A stretch of DNA of 5,802 nt from a virus: the IMG/VR virus record IMGVR_UViG_3300045988_019603, positions 1-5,802 of that record; one strand, given 5' to 3'. This document shows, in pieces, positions 4,793-5,802 of the stretch; within the stretch, counting starts at the first letter, position 1, and each line of letters starts with the position of its first letter. The notes under the pieces were generated by a model. That model had not been told where the DNA came from, made no database searches, and was given only the letters and a program-made list of their open reading frames with translations. The position numbers and the translations under genes were made by a program.

Positions 4793-4867
4793 ATGAAATC
4801 ATGGAATGTACGCGACCAGACCAAAAAAACAAATTGTGAGCAAAACAGAAAAAACAGAAAGGAGTAA
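4793..4867 (+). CDS. Possible 24-aa basic peptide (MKSWNVRDQTKKTNCEQNRKNRKE) filling the gap between the peptidase and the J-like gene
   Basis: ATG 4793 lies about 6 nt after AAGGGGGT (4780-4787). The stop TAA 4865-4867 overlaps the next gene's SD. It is below the ORF-track size cutoff and no family is recognised. Confidence 0.3.
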   Translation: MKSWNVRDQTKKTNCEQNRKNRKE

Positions 4868-4871
4868 ACCA

Positions 4872-4988
4872 ATGGCACACAGAAGCGAAGCAGGTCGAGG
4901 CGACCAGAAAAAATTTACCCAGACTGCAAAGCGGGTAAAAAACATCAACGTAAGGCCGAAGGTATCACGAGGCGGTGTCCGGCTGTAA
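4872..4988 (+). CDS. Small basic DNA-binding/packaging protein, analogue of phiX174 J and gokushovirus ORF8, 38 aa
   Basis: The protein is MAHRSEAGRGDQKKFTQTAKRVKNINVRPKVSRGGVRL. It is highly basic and ends in RGG-(I/V)-RL, which I recall as typical of these small Microviridae proteins. The SD AAAGGAG (4858-4864) lies 7 nt upstream. The track's longer 4806 start has no SD. Confidence 0.65.
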   Translation: MAHRSEAGRGDQKKFTQTAKRVKNINVRPKVSRGGVRL

Positions 4989-5019
4989 ACGACACAAACC
5001 AAAGAAAGGAGGTGAATTA

Positions 5020-5136
5020 ATGGCACTAATTAAAGTCAAAGACGTAAAAGAAGCAATCGCCCTAATGATGAACATCCTTGAAAAGCTCGACGAAATCTAC
5101 CACGCGCTAAAGGATGCAAGCAAAGAAAAAGAGTAA
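5020..5136 (+). CDS. Hypothetical 38-aa protein (MALIKVKDVKEAIALMMNILEKLDEIYHALKDASKEKE), predicted amphipathic helix
   Basis: A near-perfect SD, AAAGGAGGTG (5005-5014), lies 5 nt before ATG 5020. The stop TAA 5134-5136 overlaps the VP5 SD, so packing is tight. It is absent from the ORF track (under 60 aa) and no family is recognised. Confidence 0.55.
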   Translation: MALIKVKDVKEAIALMMNILEKLDEIYHALKDASKEKE

Positions 5137-5146
5137 AGGAGAAAAC

Positions 5147-5401
5147 ATGAAACTGAAATTCTACTCATTCCACGATGCATTGACCAACGGCTATTCACAG
5201 CCATTTCTGCAGAACAACAGAGCACAGGCGGTCCGGACGGCACGATGGAAAGCCAACGAAAGCAAACCGAGTGAAATCGAAGATATTTCGCTCGTAGAGT
5301 TAGGCGAGTTCGACACTGAAACGGGCTACATGAGCGAAGCAATGCCTGAACACATCGCACGGCTCATCGACCTGAAGGAGACGACCAATGTTAAATCCTG
5401 A
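5147..5401 (+). CDS. VP5: Gokushovirus VP5-like non-structural protein (proposed phiX174 protein C analogue), 84 aa
   Basis: MKLKFYSFHDALTNGYSQPFLQNNRAQAVRTA....DISLVELGEFDTETGYM matches the VP5 pattern I recall (MK-x-Y-x-x-D-x-x-x-x-x-F-x-x-PF...A-x-R-F...D-x-x-L-x-x-LG-x-FD-x-x-TG). The SD AAGGAG (5136-5141) lies 5 nt before ATG 5147. The track's 5114 start lies inside the preceding small gene and has no SD. Confidence 0.75.
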   Translation: MKLKFYSFHDALTNGYSQPFLQNNRAQAVRTARWKANESKPSEIEDISLVELGEFDTETGYMSEAMPEHIARLIDLKETTNVKS

Positions 5402-5802
5402 AGCACTGGTAAGGTACTACGGTCTGCCGACCGAGAGAGTAACAAACAATCCGGGCAGCAAAACCACACCAACGTGGAAAGCAGTCAAACGACCGAACGG
5501 CACTACAGACTATATCGAGCAGCCGGACGAAAACACATACGAAAAAATCCAGCGAGCCGGCGAGGGCTACGACCTTGCAAGCGCAATCGCAAGACTGGAA
5601 GCAGGGGATACCAGCATCAAAGCAAAGAGCATGGTATACACCGAAGGAACTAACCTTGAAAATCTGCCGAAGGATATCATGACGATGCACGCAACGGCCG
5701 AGGCAGCAGCAGAAACACTAGAACAGCTGAAACAGATGCAGCAGACCGAACAACCGAAGCAGAACGAACAGCCAAAGCAGCCGAAACCGGAAGAAAAAAA
5801 GA
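5388..5802 (+). CDS. VP3: Putative internal scaffolding protein (VP3-like), 5' portion; runs off the window end and continues at nt 1..151 via the terminal overlap
   Basis: ATG 5388 lies 7 nt after AAGGAG (5375-5380) and overlaps the VP5 3' end by 14 nt. I translated the frame by hand (MLNPEALVRYYGLPTERVTNNPGSK...) and it stays open to the window end. It is absent from the ORF track because no stop occurs before nt 5802. Confidence 0.6.
   Translation, partial: MLNPEALVRYYGLPTERVTNNPGSKTTPTWKAVKRPNGTTDYIEQPDENTYEKIQRAGEGYDLASAIARLEAGDTSIKAKSMVYTEGTNLENLPKDIMTMHATAEAAAETLEQLKQMQQTEQPKQNEQPKQPKPEEKK
5684..5802. repeat. Terminal redundancy, copy 2 (identical to 1..119)
   Basis: 119/119 identity with the window start. 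Confidence 0.95.

Noticed and set aside
168-5146. The longer N-terminal extensions used by the ORF track: GTG 168 (VP1), ATG 2742, TTG 4389 (peptidase), ATG 4806 (J-like) and ATG 5114 (VP5).
   Set aside because: In each case a downstream in-frame ATG has a properly spaced SD and/or gives the family-typical N-terminus. The upstream codon has no SD or overlaps the preceding gene or its SD. GTG 3103 for VP4 is not fully rejected; see the features.
875-5690. All fifteen minus-strand ORFs in the track (875..1213, 1218..1451, 1486..1782, 1515..1739, 1897..2223, 1958..2203, 2322..2507, 2392..2589, 2993..3196, 3144..3329, 3398..3580, 4533..4880, 4799..5026, 5097..5360, 5391..5690). One of them is the very hydrophobic 108-aa ORF antisense to VP2 (1897..2223), which looks superficially like a membrane protein or holin.
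   Set aside because: Each is antisense to a motif-supported + strand gene, or to the iteron/TAC region in the case of 2993..3196. Their Cys/Leu/Phe/Val richness is what the T-rich complement of an A-rich coding strand produces. I saw no SD before their starts. Microviridae are known to express genes from one strand only. The hydrophobic ORF would be worth revisiting only if antisense transcription were shown.

Overview
The window is one complete, circularly permuted genome of a gokushovirus-like Microviridae ssDNA phage. The unit length is 5,683 nt, because nt 1-119 are repeated exactly at 5684-5802. The ends therefore overlap, and one gene, missing from the ORF track, wraps across the junction. 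All supportable genes are on the + strand. Their order is: putative scaffold VP3 (5388..5683 joined to 1..151), VP1 major capsid (177..1868), VP2 pilot protein (1907..2779), a ~300-nt non-coding region, VP4 HUH replication initiator (3118..4107), a ~290-nt non-coding region, an M15-family zinc peptidase (4398..4790), a run of tiny genes below the ORF-track cutoff (one is a J-like basic peptide), then VP5 (5147..5401). The first non-coding region holds seven TTCAACA iterons flanking a hairpin, a (TAC)6 microsatellite and a second perfect hairpin. The second holds direct repeats and an extended -10 promoter. Every minus-strand ORF in the track is antisense to a well-supported gene and looks like a composition artefact. 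The points most worth follow-up are: (a) the iteron-plus-hairpin region just upstream of the Rep gene, a candidate replication origin or control region unlike the intragenic phiX174 origin; (b) the accessory peptidase module, which has its own promoter and long leader but no visible holin or signal peptide; (c) duplicated stop-SD-hairpin cassettes after VP1 and VP2, which may act as both terminator and split ribosome-binding site. No homology search could be run. All family assignments rest on recognised motifs, gene size and gene order.
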